Shown here piece by piece: positions 22,938 to 33,579 of a DNA stretch of 34,220 nt. Within the stretch, counting starts at the first letter, position 1, and each line of letters starts with the position of its first letter. The notes beneath the pieces were generated by a model that worked only from the letters and a program-made list of their open reading frames with translations, was not told where the DNA came from and made no database searches. The position numbers were made by a program, and so were the translations under genes. The stretch is from the IMG/VR virus record IMGVR_UViG_3300046779_001348, positions 1-34,220 of that record, one strand, 5' to 3'. The stretch comes from a virus. Taxonomy: Duplodnaviria; Caudoviricetes.

Positions 22938-23378
22938 TTAAGAATACGCTCTCGTCCCTTGCCGGTCAATGATCAATTTGGAACGGCGCGGGTCTGCACC
23001 GTCAACATTGGGCACCGAGATGTGCGTCCAAGAATCAAACTCCAGGATAATTTGATCAAACGGTAAATTAGCGTCAATACAGGCTTGCACCACCTCACGG
23101 GGGGTCATGCCTGGAACGCGGATGTCAGCCGCGCAGCCAGTCCGGTGCTGGCTTGAGTCTTTAGAGCCCACCGAGTCGTTGACCTGTTTGCTGCGGAACC
23201 CTGAGTTCACCATGATGGGCTTGCCGCCCAGGGTTTTTTTGACTTGCTCTAGCAGTTCGCACAAACGCGTCAGGTTGGCGATTTCCGCCTCGTTGGGGGT
23301 GTTGTCATACCCGTGGCGCGCAGCCGCCTCAGAGCGGGTCATCTCGTCCAGAGAAAAGTGTTCTGTTAATTGCATCAT
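22938..23378 (-). CDS. Endolysin, peptidase M15A
   Basis: LTEHFSLDEM...VNSGFRS..VN..VG..SSQH..G.AAD...WTHIS Zn-peptidase motifs. Confidence 0.93.
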   Translation of the reverse strand: MMQLTEHFSLDEMTRSEAAARHGYDNTPNEAEIANLTRLCELLEQVKKTLGGKPIMVNSGFRSKQVNDSVGSKDSSQHRTGCAADIRVPGMTPREVVQACIDANLPFDQIILEFDSWTHISVPNVDGADPRRSKLIIDRQGTRAYS

Positions 23379-23875
23379 CGTCCTTTCAGTGCTTTGACTT
23401 CTTCGGCCTTGTCCTTAGACCCTTGACTCGATCCACGGTGAAAGTTCACTACGGTTCCGCTCAAAGTCAGCAACGAGCCAAAGGCCATGTAGGCCAGTTC
23501 TTTGTTTGCCTCTGGCACGCCTTTGAAAAACAGAAACCAGGTCATAAAGATGGTTGCGCCAACAATCGCAAAGTCGATGATGTAGGCGGCGTTCTTGGCC
23601 AGGCTGGAGGCGTGTTCAGAGGTCTGAATGGACGCATTCATCTTGCGGGCCGAGTCGGTGTTGGCGTTGTGGGCCTCTAGTTCTTTGATGTCCAGTTCCC
23701 GCAATTTGTAGGCCAGGTTGGGGTCGGCCTGAATGGCCTTGGTCACCGCGTCTACGTTGTCCTCAACGCCCAGGGCACCGGCAATCATAGAGACCGCTTT
23801 GCCGGCCAGGGGGCCACCGAGGGCAGTTGCGACCGCTGGGGCCGCACTAGCGACCAGGCTAATTAGTTTGTCCAT
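23375..23875 (-). CDS. Holin-like membrane protein
   Basis: APAVATALGGPLAG N-terminus, two C-terminal TM segments, GSSQGS tail; adjacent to the endolysin. Confidence 0.7.
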   Translation of the reverse strand: MDKLISLVASAAPAVATALGGPLAGKAVSMIAGALGVEDNVDAVTKAIQADPNLAYKLRELDIKELEAHNANTDSARKMNASIQTSEHASSLAKNAAYIIDFAIVGATIFMTWFLFFKGVPEANKELAYMAFGSLLTLSGTVVNFHRGSSQGSKDKAEEVKALKGR

Positions 23876-24137
23876 CTTTGTCCTCCTTCATCAGGTTGGC
23901 CGCAGCATAGGCGCCCTTACGTCCGGCAATGCCACCGATGGCACCGATGCACAAGAGCATGATGTCTTTTAGGATCGACAAGTATTGTTTGTCAATCTCG
24001 GCAATCTCGCCCACGGTCTGGTCTACAAACGTTACCGAGTACAGGATCATGGCCACCGACCCAAACAGGATTAGGGCCAGGGTCATCACCACAAACGCCC
24101 AGACGCGAACCTCAAGTTCTTCTGTTGTCATTCTCAT
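23859..24137 (-). CDS. Two-TM membrane protein of the lysis cassette
   Basis: Two hydrophobic stretches. Confidence 0.7.
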   Translation of the reverse strand: MRMTTEELEVRVWAFVVMTLALILFGSVAMILYSVTFVDQTVGEIAEIDKQYLSILKDIMLLCIGAIGGIAGRKGAYAAANLMKEDKDGQTN

Positions 24138-24601
24138 TCTCCATAAAACGCGACCGCCATCTCATGGATGACGCCGGTGCCCCACAAAAGCATAGTTACC
24201 AAAAGGGCCGCACCAAAGCAGCCCCATTTCAGTCGGTTCATAGCCTCGCGGTCGTGGCCATCTTCAGTAAAAAGCCTGGCTCGGTCATCTTTTTGTCGGG
24301 CCTCGATGAGTTCTATCTCATTCCACGCCTGGGTGCCCCACTTGTCGATAACGTGGCGCTTGACTTCGTTCTTGGCGTCTACGGCCTCTTTGACCCGCTT
24401 CCACTCATCGACCGCGTCAACGTAAGCATAGTCACCGTAGACGGTGGCCTTCTTGCGCCTCCACGCACTGCGCGCCAGCCTTTCCTTCTCCCCCAGGCGG
24501 GCCACTTGCTGCGCGACCTTCTCTAGGTCATCGGCAACAGTAATGAGTTCGCTGGCGGTGTTTATTCCACCTTTGAGTGCGTCAACAAACGGGTCTGACA
24601 T
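24134..24601 (-). CDS. Coiled-coil protein with C-terminal TM anchor
   Basis: 155 aa; coupled in the lysis region. Confidence 0.75.
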   Translation of the reverse strand: MSDPFVDALKGGINTASELITVADDLEKVAQQVARLGEKERLARSAWRRKKATVYGDYAYVDAVDEWKRVKEAVDAKNEVKRHVIDKWGTQAWNEIELIEARQKDDRARLFTEDGHDREAMNRLKWGCFGAALLVTMLLWGTGVIHEMAVAFYGE

Positions 24602-24604
24602 GGC

Positions 24605-24859
24605 TCATCTATCCGCCTTTTCGTTGAGGCGATCATATAGCGAACCAATCAGGTTTTCTATCTTGTCAAACCGTGCGGACATCTCGGCCCTGACCTCTCT
24701 AAGGTCATCACGGCGAACGTAGATTTCTGGCAGGTCTTTCTCAATCTGATGGAGGTCTCGGCGCAGTTCTTTGACCGAGTCCCATATCTCACGGGCGAAC
24801 CATCCGACAAACGCTAAAACACCACCCAGCCCAATATTGATGACTGTCTGCCACTCCAT
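24605..24859 (-). CDS. N-terminal TM plus coiled-coil protein (holin/antiholin-like)
   Basis: INIGLGGVLAFVGWFAR...LPEIYVRRDD...KADR. Confidence 0.75.
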   Translation of the reverse strand: MEWQTVINIGLGGVLAFVGWFAREIWDSVKELRRDLHQIEKDLPEIYVRRDDLREVRAEMSARFDKIENLIGSLYDRLNEKADR

Positions 24860-24861
24860 GA

Positions 24862-25584
24862 TTACGCCTTTTGGATATAGCAGAGCGCATAGTACGGGGG
24901 AAGGTTGGCGTTAATGCCTGATACGCCAGCGGAATCAATTGTGACGCTGATGCCGGTTGTTGCGGTAGACGTTGCGGTGCTGGTGTTTGATGTCCAGCAA
25001 GGCGTGTTAGTTCCGGACTGAACCGCAGGGCCGGATGCTTTGTCGTAATTATGCGCGTGGCCTGGGTCTGTAACGGTGTTGGTGTGGGTGTGCGACACAA
25101 CTATTGCGTTTGCAGAGCCGCCAGTTGCGTTTACTGCATAGGTGGTACCAGCACCAACCACAAACCTGTCTCTTAAGTCAGGCGTTCCATTTGAGCCGTT
25201 GCAAAGATACCAGCCAGCAGGGATAGAACCAATCGAACCAGACCACAACACAATCACGCCAGACGGGGTAGGAGTGGCCGGAGATGGCGCAACACCGATA
25301 ATTCCATAAAGGTTGTCGTAAGTCTGAATGGTGACGTCAGCAGACGTTTTGAGAATGAATTTGTAGTAGTAACCTTCCAGCAGCCAAATCTCGTTCGGTG
25401 GCCGCCCATCGGTGCCCAAGATGATTGGGTTGGTGTTAGCAATCAGCCCCGCGTTGTCCGTGTAAGTAGCAAGCGGAGTGCTAGAGCCAGCCTGATATGT
25501 GTAAATCTTGCCGGCGTTAAGCGGCAGTCCGTTGCTATCAAAAAATTGGAAACCGTTACCGATTGGGGAGAGATTGACGGCCAT
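24862..25584 (-). CDS. Short tail appendage: head/tail-binding N-terminus plus tail-collar domain
   Basis: QFFDSNGLPLNAGKIYTYQAG..NPIIL..GR; collar motif GVIVLWSG..IPAGWYLCNG.NGTPDLRDRF...NLPPYYALCYI. Confidence 0.85.
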   Translation of the reverse strand: MAVNLSPIGNGFQFFDSNGLPLNAGKIYTYQAGSSTPLATYTDNAGLIANTNPIILGTDGRPPNEIWLLEGYYYKFILKTSADVTIQTYDNLYGIIGVAPSPATPTPSGVIVLWSGSIGSIPAGWYLCNGSNGTPDLRDRFVVGAGTTYAVNATGGSANAIVVSHTHTNTVTDPGHAHNYDKASGPAVQSGTNTPCWTSNTSTATSTATTGISVTIDSAGVSGINANLPPYYALCYIQKA

Positions 25585-25586
25585 GA

Positions 25587-27869
25587 TTATTTCCCGATGT
25601 CTTTGAGTTTAGTTTTCTTGCCCTTCGTTCCGGCCAAGGGTTCCAATGCCTGTTGGGTTTGTTTTGCTTCCGCCCTGGCGGCTCTAGCCTGTCTGGCCAT
25701 CGTACCAATGGAGGCGCCAGGTACCAACACGTTTAACGTCTGTTCCGCGGCGGTCGCACCCTTTTCTGCCAACGCACCAACCAGGGTTCCGCTCTTGTTG
25801 AAGAATGAACCACTGGGTTGAGCCTTCACACGGGTTGCAACATCACCAAGAACGCGGAGTTGGTTGACAGTTTCGGCGGGCATGATGATGGCCATTTTTG
25901 GCTCAAGTTCTTTGAACGCCTTCATGTATGCGGCCTGACTGAAGTCACCCGCAGCGTTGATGGACTTGTCGCGCAGATATTGCAACACCCCCGCGGCCAA
26001 TGCTTGGCGCTCTTGCGGCCCAAGGTTTGTCACCATCTGGCGCACGTTTTCTTGAGTTGCTTTACCAGCGCCAAACAAAAAGTCTCGCAACACATACTCG
26101 TCTGGAACGCCTTTGTTGATGATGTTTCCATAAGCCTGGTCACGTTTCATCAAATCAAAACGGGCCTTGGCTGCGGAACGAGCCTCATCGGCCAGCGGTT
26201 TGAGAGCGGCGGCGCCAGGTGAGAGTGGCAACGCATCTAATTCGTCCATCATCAACCGCGCAGCCATTCGTTCGTTGCCGTCTTTGCTCGATGCAATGAC
26301 CTTGCCCAGGTTGCGGCGCAGGGCCAGATAGTTCTCAAACGTCATCGAGTTGTTCTCGGCCATCTGAGTCAGACTTTTCATCTGGGCCGATGGCGCGTTA
26401 TCGGTCAACAATTCCGTGCCAAGTTTTTTCTCCACGTTAGAAAGCAATGTTCTAGCGTCAACGGGAAATGTGCCACCGGCTGCATCTCTAAGCCGCCCGT
26501 ATTTGGCGGTGATGTCAGCCTCTAATGCGTTGTCCAGGTTTTTGTAACCCTCTTTGACAATCTTGCCCAGGTCTGCGGGAGCGGTGCTGAAGATGTCCGG
26601 CGCCACGGTGTCGCGGAACGCATCCATATTGCCAACCAGGGCATCGTTTTGCTCTTTGAACCGCAGGGCCAATTCTGGGTTTTTGCCGCGTTGGTTGTAT
26701 TCCTTACTCATGGCCACAATGTCACCGGTGGCTTGGCCCGCGGTAAGGCGGACGGGCACGGGTAAGTTGACCGCCTGGGCGTGGTTTTCCAGCGCAACGG
26801 GGTTGATTCGCTCAACAGGAATAGAGCGGGCCACGGCCTGGTCTGATTCTGGGAGGCTGGCGATTGTGGCTTCAATTCGAACCGGATCACGCCGAGCGGC
26901 TGCGCCAACGCTTTGCATTGAGATGCCAGGCAATGGTTGCTGCAACGATGGGGCGGTGCCCTTCACAATCTGGCTGACCTGGGCGGCTTCCTGTGCGGTA
27001 TATCTGGGCTTTGGCTCACCGACCGGAACACGGGCAACGGGCGCTTTAGCGGCCTGGAGGGCAACAAACTCTGGCGTCAATACCGGTGGCAGTTTGCTGG
27101 CCTCAAATGCTTTGCCAATTTGCTCTACGTTTTCTTTGCCAAACTCGGTTCGAGGTTGGTAAACAAACTGACCCATCCGCTTGGCAAAAACGTCTGTCCT
27201 GGTGTTGGGCTGGCCTTCGATGACATTTCGCACCAATTGCTCACCAGCAGCCAACGGAGCCACAAACGCGCCAGTCCCCAAATTAAGAGCAGTCTCTGCC
27301 ATGCCGATAGGCGCCTCAAAAAAGTCGCTTACGCCTCGGATTTGACGGGGCTTTACTGGGGCGGGGGCTTCTCTTATCAAACGCCCAGATGCGTCAATTT
27401 GCGGAACCGCGGCCTGAAGGATTCGTTGTTGCTCGGCAGCGGCCTGGATCGGCGCCTGTTGGGCCTTGACGATTCTCTGTTGAATGATGTCCTCTAGCGT
27501 TCCGGAATCGGACGGGGCTGCGGACTTGATCCGCTTATCAATAAATCCCAGTAAGTCATCCATGGGTTCGCCTTTTACTTTCTGCACATAGGACGATGGG
27601 TCTTTGGTTTTGAACCCACCGTATTGGGCCAGGGCCGCGTCAACGTCACCCTTATTTTGATCGACAAGTTGCGTCAGGTAAATCCTGGCTGCATTTCTTG
27701 CCTGGGATTCATTAAACGGGTCAAACTTGATGCCCTGAGATTCCAGCATTTTGACCGTGCCAGGCATAAATTGATACGCGCCCATAGCACCGGTTTTAGG
27801 GTTGACTGCCCTTGGGTCACCGCTTGATTCCACCATCTTGAGACGGTCTAGCAAGTCATCAGTGACCAT
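25587..27869 (-). CDS. Large ejection (internal virion) protein with N-terminal lytic transglycosylase domain
   Basis: VESSGDPRAVNPKTGAMGAYQFMPGT...ALAQY SLT motif; P22 gp16 position. Confidence 0.85.
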   Translation of the reverse strand: MVTDDLLDRLKMVESSGDPRAVNPKTGAMGAYQFMPGTVKMLESQGIKFDPFNESQARNAARIYLTQLVDQNKGDVDAALAQYGGFKTKDPSSYVQKVKGEPMDDLLGFIDKRIKSAAPSDSGTLEDIIQQRIVKAQQAPIQAAAEQQRILQAAVPQIDASGRLIREAPAPVKPRQIRGVSDFFEAPIGMAETALNLGTGAFVAPLAAGEQLVRNVIEGQPNTRTDVFAKRMGQFVYQPRTEFGKENVEQIGKAFEASKLPPVLTPEFVALQAAKAPVARVPVGEPKPRYTAQEAAQVSQIVKGTAPSLQQPLPGISMQSVGAAARRDPVRIEATIASLPESDQAVARSIPVERINPVALENHAQAVNLPVPVRLTAGQATGDIVAMSKEYNQRGKNPELALRFKEQNDALVGNMDAFRDTVAPDIFSTAPADLGKIVKEGYKNLDNALEADITAKYGRLRDAAGGTFPVDARTLLSNVEKKLGTELLTDNAPSAQMKSLTQMAENNSMTFENYLALRRNLGKVIASSKDGNERMAARLMMDELDALPLSPGAAALKPLADEARSAAKARFDLMKRDQAYGNIINKGVPDEYVLRDFLFGAGKATQENVRQMVTNLGPQERQALAAGVLQYLRDKSINAAGDFSQAAYMKAFKELEPKMAIIMPAETVNQLRVLGDVATRVKAQPSGSFFNKSGTLVGALAEKGATAAEQTLNVLVPGASIGTMARQARAARAEAKQTQQALEPLAGTKGKKTKLKDIGK

Positions 27870-27872
27870 GAC

Positions 27873-29327
27873 TTATCTCTTTGACGGTTTAGATTGGCTA
27901 GGCAGCGTTCCAAACTGAGACAGGGAACGGATGTTTTGAATTCTTGTTTTGAAGTCTTGCAGTTCAGCCGCATCAATCGGGAGAATCTTATCCAGAGCCT
28001 TTTCGCGTTGCTCTCTGGACATCCGAGAGTCCATGATCGACATGGCCTCAAACACTCGGTTGTCAGAAGCATTACGCGCCCAAACGTCACGGTAGGCGGG
28101 AAGGTTTGCGTCACCAAACTTGGTGGCAAACGCCTGGGCACCCTGGGCCTCTAGGTCTAGCCCTTTGAGTTCGCCGCGCAAACGAGAGGCGATGCTTATA
28201 AGAACTTGCGGAGGGTAAGTTTCATCTCCAGTGGCCCTACTGATCAGTTCGCGCATAGAGTCGGTCGATGCGCCTGATGCTTGGGCAATCGCAATTTGTG
28301 CGTTAGCAATGTTTTTGCTGAGTTCTTTATAACGGGCATCACCAAAAAACACGCTTACGGCCCGCTCAATATCGGCTGGCTTGCCGGTCTCAAAGTTGAC
28401 TGTTTTTGACAGTTCAGCAGCACCGCGCAACACTTCGTCCACGTTTCTAATTCCGGCTGGAACCGTCTGTCGTGCAGATGCCAAACCGCTACGGTATTTG
28501 TTACCGGCGGCTTCGTCAGCCTGATATTGAGGCGTGACCGCCATAGCAACACCAGGTTGTGGCTTTGGATAGGGCAAGTCAAACCCTGGGCCACCTGGCC
28601 GCTGAGTCATATCGGCTGACGTCACACCCCTTGGTGCTGCTGGTTGTGCTGGGGCCGCGGGTTGAACGCCTTGTGGCGCAACGGGCATATTTGCGCCCAT
28701 ATCTGTGCGGCCACCTTCGGCCACCGGAACGCCTGGGGCAAACCCAGGGATAGGCTGAACCGGCCTTGGCATCAGGGGGTTGACCAACGATGGCTGGCCT
28801 GCAACGGACTGAATCTCTCCGGTTCCGCGAGACAGACGGGTTGCGGAATCGAGACCGGCCAACATCCGCTCGGTGTAATACTGTTTAAGGCCACCAGGGT
28901 TGTTCATGGCCATGGTGATATAGGGTTGGGCTAGTTTTTGGCCCTGACCTTCCCAAGGGATACCGGCATTTTTAGACTGCTGGATGGAGTTGTCAGTCAC
29001 CAACGTGACAAGTGCCTTGCGCTCATCCGATGTAAGACTATCGGGCGCGTTGGCGGCTTTTACAATCAAAGGGTTTGTAATCATGCTGGTCTGGCCAGCG
29101 GCAATCGTGTTGGCCAAACCAAGGTTGTAATCCAGAGAACCCTTGGCCGCGGTAGTTTCTGCACCAGCGGCTTCAGCCTTGGTTTTTTTAATCAATTCTG
29201 GATACAGTTCGGACAGGCGGGAAAACTCCATGGCCTTAGTGGCCGTTCCCAACAGGTCAGACAGTGACTGTTGCTGCGGGCCTTTTACGCCTAGAGCAAT
29301 GTCTGGTTTGATTCCAAAGTCGGCCAT
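27873..29327 (-). CDS. Ejection protein (P22 gp20 position)
   Basis: 484 aa, Ala/Gln-rich helical; between the gp7-like and gp16-like genes. Confidence 0.7.
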   Translation of the reverse strand: MADFGIKPDIALGVKGPQQQSLSDLLGTATKAMEFSRLSELYPELIKKTKAEAAGAETTAAKGSLDYNLGLANTIAAGQTSMITNPLIVKAANAPDSLTSDERKALVTLVTDNSIQQSKNAGIPWEGQGQKLAQPYITMAMNNPGGLKQYYTERMLAGLDSATRLSRGTGEIQSVAGQPSLVNPLMPRPVQPIPGFAPGVPVAEGGRTDMGANMPVAPQGVQPAAPAQPAAPRGVTSADMTQRPGGPGFDLPYPKPQPGVAMAVTPQYQADEAAGNKYRSGLASARQTVPAGIRNVDEVLRGAAELSKTVNFETGKPADIERAVSVFFGDARYKELSKNIANAQIAIAQASGASTDSMRELISRATGDETYPPQVLISIASRLRGELKGLDLEAQGAQAFATKFGDANLPAYRDVWARNASDNRVFEAMSIMDSRMSREQREKALDKILPIDAAELQDFKTRIQNIRSLSQFGTLPSQSKPSKR

Positions 29328-29336
29328 GATTAGTCC

Positions 29337-30080
29337 TTACGCAATACTTGTTAAAGCCGCCTGGGGCGCCATGGCTGAAGTTGGAGCCATGGTTGTAGCG
29401 GCTGGTGCCCCACCAAAACCACCAAATGGGTTTCGTCCCATCAGAGAGGACAGTTGCAAGTAGTTCGCTGGGCCTTGCAAGGCGTTCGTCCACGCGTTAG
29501 CAGCACCAACCGTTCCAGCGGCTTGAGCCTGGGCGCCGCCCACGGCAAGAGTTCCAAGGTTTTGAGCGGTTTGTTGCCCAGCGCTGATGCCTGTATTGAC
29601 CGCGCCCTGACCCATTCCGGCAATGTTTGCCAGGGTGTTGTAGATGTTTCCGCGCTCGGTTTGGAACCGATTAAAAGCATTTCCGTATTCGGTCGCGGCT
29701 AAATTTTGGCCATAGTCTTGCAGGGCGCGCATGGCATTTCCACCAATCGCTCCGCCAGAGACGTTGGCAAGCCGTTCCGTAGCCTGGGTTCCATATTTCA
29801 TGCGGAACGCCATGCTGGGGTCTAAATATTGGGCTAGTTGATCCCCGCTAAATTGACCAGTTAGATACGGTTTGAGCCTGTTGATGTCCTCTAAAGACTC
29901 GTAACCAATTTCACGGTACGGAGCCAAGTCCGCCCGTGATAGGTCATACATTTGTTTTTGGATGTCTGCCGCATAACGCGTTGCGCCGGCAGTTGTGTCC
30001 GCAGCCGACTTTGCGGCCTTAGACCCCATGTAGCCCGAAATCAGGCTTGATCCAACTACCGCTGCGGCTACCCAAGACAT
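29337..30080 (-). CDS. DNA transfer/ejection protein (P22 gp7-like)
   Basis: MSWVAAAVVG..DLAPYR..DPSMAFR..ALQDYGQNLAATEY.NAFNR. Confidence 0.8.
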   Translation of the reverse strand: MSWVAAAVVGSSLISGYMGSKAAKSAADTTAGATRYAADIQKQMYDLSRADLAPYREIGYESLEDINRLKPYLTGQFSGDQLAQYLDPSMAFRMKYGTQATERLANVSGGAIGGNAMRALQDYGQNLAATEYGNAFNRFQTERGNIYNTLANIAGMGQGAVNTGISAGQQTAQNLGTLAVGGAQAQAAGTVGAANAWTNALQGPANYLQLSSLMGRNPFGGFGGAPAATTMAPTSAMAPQAALTSIA

Positions 30081-30535
30081 TTTTGCACCTCGCTACTGTT
30101 TACCAATTTTTTGAGTTCATTGTGTGAGTCAAACAACGCCGTCTCGTCTGGTTCGATCAATTCGGCCTCAATCTCATCCAAATCGGTCTTGTCAGTTCGG
30201 TGGAATGTGACCCCTACGGAGTCCTTCACCGCCAGCGTCACCCGCTTGGTTCCGGCTTTGGATTCAATTATATCGCCAGGGAGCAGTGTGACCATACCTT
30301 TTTCAGACCAGGCAATGATTTCACCCTTTGCGCACATAAAAAAGTGGTCTTTTTTGTGGGCTTTGCCAACAATCAAAGTTCCCGCGGGCCGGCTTAATTT
30401 CCGGCAGTACATTCCGCCAGAGAAATAATGCTCAGTCTCTAGTTTGGCTTGGGGCATCTTGACCATGGCCGACTGAAGGCGGTTGATTTCCTCTAAGGTC
30501 GGAACCTTAGGCAGAGTATCTACTTCAAACGTCAT
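30068..30535 (-). CDS. Cupin-fold protein in the tail module
   Basis: EHYFSGGMYCRKL..PAG.LIVGKAHKKDH..GTKR; start moved to ATG 30535. Confidence 0.75.
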   Translation of the reverse strand: MTFEVDTLPKVPTLEEINRLQSAMVKMPQAKLETEHYFSGGMYCRKLSRPAGTLIVGKAHKKDHFFMCAKGEIIAWSEKGMVTLLPGDIIESKAGTKRVTLAVKDSVGVTFHRTDKTDLDEIEAELIEPDETALFDSHNELKKLVNSSEVQKCLG

Positions 30536-30743
30536 AGTAGGGCACCTTTTTGGCCTCACCGTTGACGGTGATGTTGATGAATCCCGCAGGGTTGGCCGGC
30601 AACGTAGCGGAACCCGCAGTCGCGGAGTTGCTACTGGAGAAGTTCAACAGGTTCAAGAACCACAATTGCCAGGCCCGCGTTGGCCGTTGGGTCTGGTCAA
30701 TCAGGGGGCTGGTGGGAATCCGCTGGTTTTGTTGGACGGCCAT
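30525..30743 (-). CDS. Small tail protein following gp10
   Basis: 72 aa, PLIDQTQRPTRAWQLWF; TGATG coupling. Confidence 0.75.
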   Translation of the reverse strand: MAVQQNQRIPTSPLIDQTQRPTRAWQLWFLNLLNFSSSNSATAGSATLPANPAGFINITVNGEAKKVPYYDV

Positions 30744-32614
30744 CAGTTGTCCCCCGCCTCGGCTTTTAGGTTGGCAGACACAATCACCGCCTTAATGGGA
30801 TCAGTCACCACCACCTCAAACACTCGGTCACGCGCCCATCCTAAACGGCGCCAAATTGCACGGTTTGTATAACGGCCCTGTTTGCCAATCGTTGTCCAGT
30901 ATTCGTTAGACCAGGTCGAGCCGCCGTCACTAGACCAGCGCAGCATGGCCTGGGGGTCTTCACCCTGGCCTGTGGATAACCCAACGCCAGGTTGGAATTG
31001 AATTTGGAGTTCGTGGAAATACTGGCGCTGCAAGTCAGACGTCAGGTGCGGGGCACGGCGCAGCCGGCGAACCAGTTGACCGTCATCGGTGTAGTAGTCC
31101 TGGCGCAGCCAGTAGAGTTTGCCGTTCTCGTAGTCACCAACCATGACCTTTTGGTTGAAAAACGCGCAGCAGTTGCCACGGTGGCGCTCGTACTCGTTCA
31201 TGTTGTTGGTATAGAGCCACTTATGCCAGGCGCCGGTGGTGTTGTCATACGCCCAGGTTAGGCCGTTTTCGCCCACGCTGGGAAATGTGACTACATAAAC
31301 CTCATGGCCCTCTAATTGGTAAGTCCAGGCCAGGGCGTCCGAAACGTTCTGACCGACCAGGGTATTTTCCACGGCGTGGGTGCTGATCCGCTCTGGAAAA
31401 TATCCGTTCATCCGCACGATGGTGGCTTCACCACGGTTGTTGCGGGACACATAAGCAAAAGAGTTGCCCATCCGAGCGCATGACCAACGGGCTGCAATAC
31501 CCTGTTGAGTTGAGGTTCCTGGGATTCGCGTGAACGGGAACGGCACCCCGCCGGAGTCAATCCAGACCTCAGATGACATCTCACCCAACAGATAAACCTC
31601 GCGCCGGTCAACGATGATGGCCACAAGGTCATCCGGTGATCCATCTTTGGAGCCAAACGACAAAGGGTCGGTGATGGGGCTTAACAGGTCGGAGGCCGCA
31701 AACAGTTGGGACTCAGGCTTGTTGTAAACGAAATAGTTGTCCGTGATGTCTACGGTGCCGCCGCCAGTAAACGCGCCGTCTGTGGCCGGCAAAACAGACC
31801 AGTTGGACGCGTAAATGGTAGTGCTGGAAACCGTTTGGGACGCACTGACCGTATAGGTTCCGGCCCCGCCCGACCCAGTTCCCAAGGCCGTGATGATGGT
31901 TCCATCGGTCACACCAGTGCCGACAATGGTCTGGCCAATCACCAGGGTGCCGCTGGTCACGCCAGATACCGTCATGGTGGTGCCGCTAATAGACGCAGTC
32001 ACGATGGCCGGAGAGGCCGCAGCGTTAATCGAGGTTGATGTAACGGTCTGGGACTTGCTGACGGTGTAGGTGCCAACCCCGCCCGATCCGGTGCCCAGGG
32101 CGGTAATGATAGTGTTTTGTCCAACACCGTTGCCAAAGATGGCTTGGCCAATTGCAATCGTGCCACTCAAAACAGAAGTCACGGTCAAGGTCGTGGTGCT
32201 AATTGACCCAGTAAAAATTGCCGCTGACGGGTTGGAAATCCGCCATGTGTATCGGTAGTCGTTGTCAACAATGTAGGCGTTCACACCGTTGTCCACCATG
32301 CCAACCAGTCCAGTGGCCGAGTTTAATTGGCCAATCATCTTGGGGGTCAGGTCGGATTCGAGAACGTAAACAAAGTCACCGCAGACGGCCATCAGTTGGG
32401 TGCCGCCGGACAGAGTTCGCAGGGCGCGGACTTCTTCCTGATTGGGGAAAATCGCCACCGTGTCCAAACCTGGAGTCGGATACAGGGCAATGACGCCGCG
32501 CTCTTGAGGTGACTTGGTGGGGTCAATCTCTGGATAGAAATTGATGCACTCCTGGGCGTCCTGGTAAATCGAGGGCGCCTCGTATGCGGCCCCAACGAAT
32601 CCAAAGTCAGGCAT
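30743..32614 (-). CDS. Tail hub / packaged-DNA stabilisation protein (P22 gp10-like) with two inserted beta modules
   Basis: [15 protein letters not shown]...DGSPD...YQLEGH..Y...[14 protein letters not shown]...WRRLG. Confidence 0.9.
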   Translation of the reverse strand: MPDFGFVGAAYEAPSIYQDAQECINFYPEIDPTKSPQERGVIALYPTPGLDTVAIFPNQEEVRALRTLSGGTQLMAVCGDFVYVLESDLTPKMIGQLNSATGLVGMVDNGVNAYIVDNDYRYTWRISNPSAAIFTGSISTTTLTVTSVLSGTIAIGQAIFGNGVGQNTIITALGTGSGGVGTYTVSKSQTVTSTSINAAASPAIVTASISGTTMTVSGVTSGTLVIGQTIVGTGVTDGTIITALGTGSGGAGTYTVSASQTVSSTTIYASNWSVLPATDGAFTGGGTVDITDNYFVYNKPESQLFAASDLLSPITDPLSFGSKDGSPDDLVAIIVDRREVYLLGEMSSEVWIDSGGVPFPFTRIPGTSTQQGIAARWSCARMGNSFAYVSRNNRGEATIVRMNGYFPERISTHAVENTLVGQNVSDALAWTYQLEGHEVYVVTFPSVGENGLTWAYDNTTGAWHKWLYTNNMNEYERHRGNCCAFFNQKVMVGDYENGKLYWLRQDYYTDDGQLVRRLRRAPHLTSDLQRQYFHELQIQFQPGVGLSTGQGEDPQAMLRWSSDGGSTWSNEYWTTIGKQGRYTNRAIWRRLGWARDRVFEVVVTDPIKAVIVSANLKAEAGDN

Positions 32615-33579
32615 TAAAAGCCTCCGGTCAGAATCCAGCCCGCGTCAGCCCTCTTGCCAACCACCAGGTTGTCATCAAACCGAGCCACCTGGATGGGTTT
32701 CATGTTGGTTCGCTTGATGGTGGACTTGGCGTTACTGGCAAAGGCGTTGATCATCGCAATCTGTTGCGGGTTGGACTTGCCATACATTGGGCATAACCGC
32801 TCGGCCAGGCACCAGCGCATGGCCATATAGTAGCCCTGCGGAATAACAATGTTGTCGTACAGGGAGCCAAACCGTTGGAACATGGTGTCGGCAAAAATGT
32901 GCATCTCACCCTGGGATGGGTTCGGCCACACCGTGATGGTTCCAAGGGTCTCGCCTGGCTGGTAGTAGAGCGCACGGGGCCAAGGGCCGTTCATGGTCTT
33001 TAGACCAATCAGTTCGTAGTTCTCCAGGTTCAGGATGGTCACCGGATAGTCTAAGCCACCGCCCTGGATGGGCTGGCCGTTGGCGGTCGTGTTGACCCGC
33101 ACAAACGCGGAGTTGATCGACAGAGGGCGCTCGTAATAGGCCGAAATAGTCGTGCTGGCCACCGTCTGGGAGACGCTCACCGTGTACGTTCCAGCATAGT
33201 TAACGTTGCCGCCCGCACCGGTTCCGAACCCCACAATCTTAGTGCCCGCAGTGATTCCAGAGCCAGAGATGGTCATTCCCAAGGCAATCGCGCCCTGGGT
33301 GATGTTGGTCACCGTCAGGGTTGTGCCGCTAATGGAGCCGGTCACCGTGGCGCCAATCTGGCCACCAGGGCCGATGGTGTACTGGGTCTGGCCGGCAGTC
33401 AGTGTGTAAACAATTTCGGTCTTGTAAAAGACCATCATTTGCTCGTTTGACCACTGGTCGAGCATATCGTTGAGCATATCGAACGCGTCTTGGGCGTCCG
33501 CAGGGGCGGGAGTTTCACCGGCCTCTAATGCCCCGATGTCTTTTAGGGCGCGGCTGATGATGTCGATTGGTTGCGTCAT
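32614..33579 (-). CDS. Head-to-tail adaptor (P22 gp4-like) with one inserted beta module
   Basis: [18 protein letters not shown]...LNDMLDQW...[22 protein letters not shown]. Confidence 0.85.
   Translation of the reverse strand: MTQPIDIISRALKDIGALEAGETPAPADAQDAFDMLNDMLDQWSNEQMMVFYKTEIVYTLTAGQTQYTIGPGGQIGATVTGSISGTTLTVTNITQGAIALGMTISGSGITAGTKIVGFGTGAGGNVNYAGTYTVSVSQTVASTTISAYYERPLSINSAFVRVNTTANGQPIQGGGLDYPVTILNLENYELIGLKTMNGPWPRALYYQPGETLGTITVWPNPSQGEMHIFADTMFQRFGSLYDNIVIPQGYYMAMRWCLAERLCPMYGKSNPQQIAMINAFASNAKSTIKRTNMKPIQVARFDDNLVVGKRADAGWILTGGF

Noticed and set aside
26554-27497. Plus-strand 202-aa and 186-aa ORFs opposite the ejection protein
   Set aside because: Antisense shadows of a well-supported gene.
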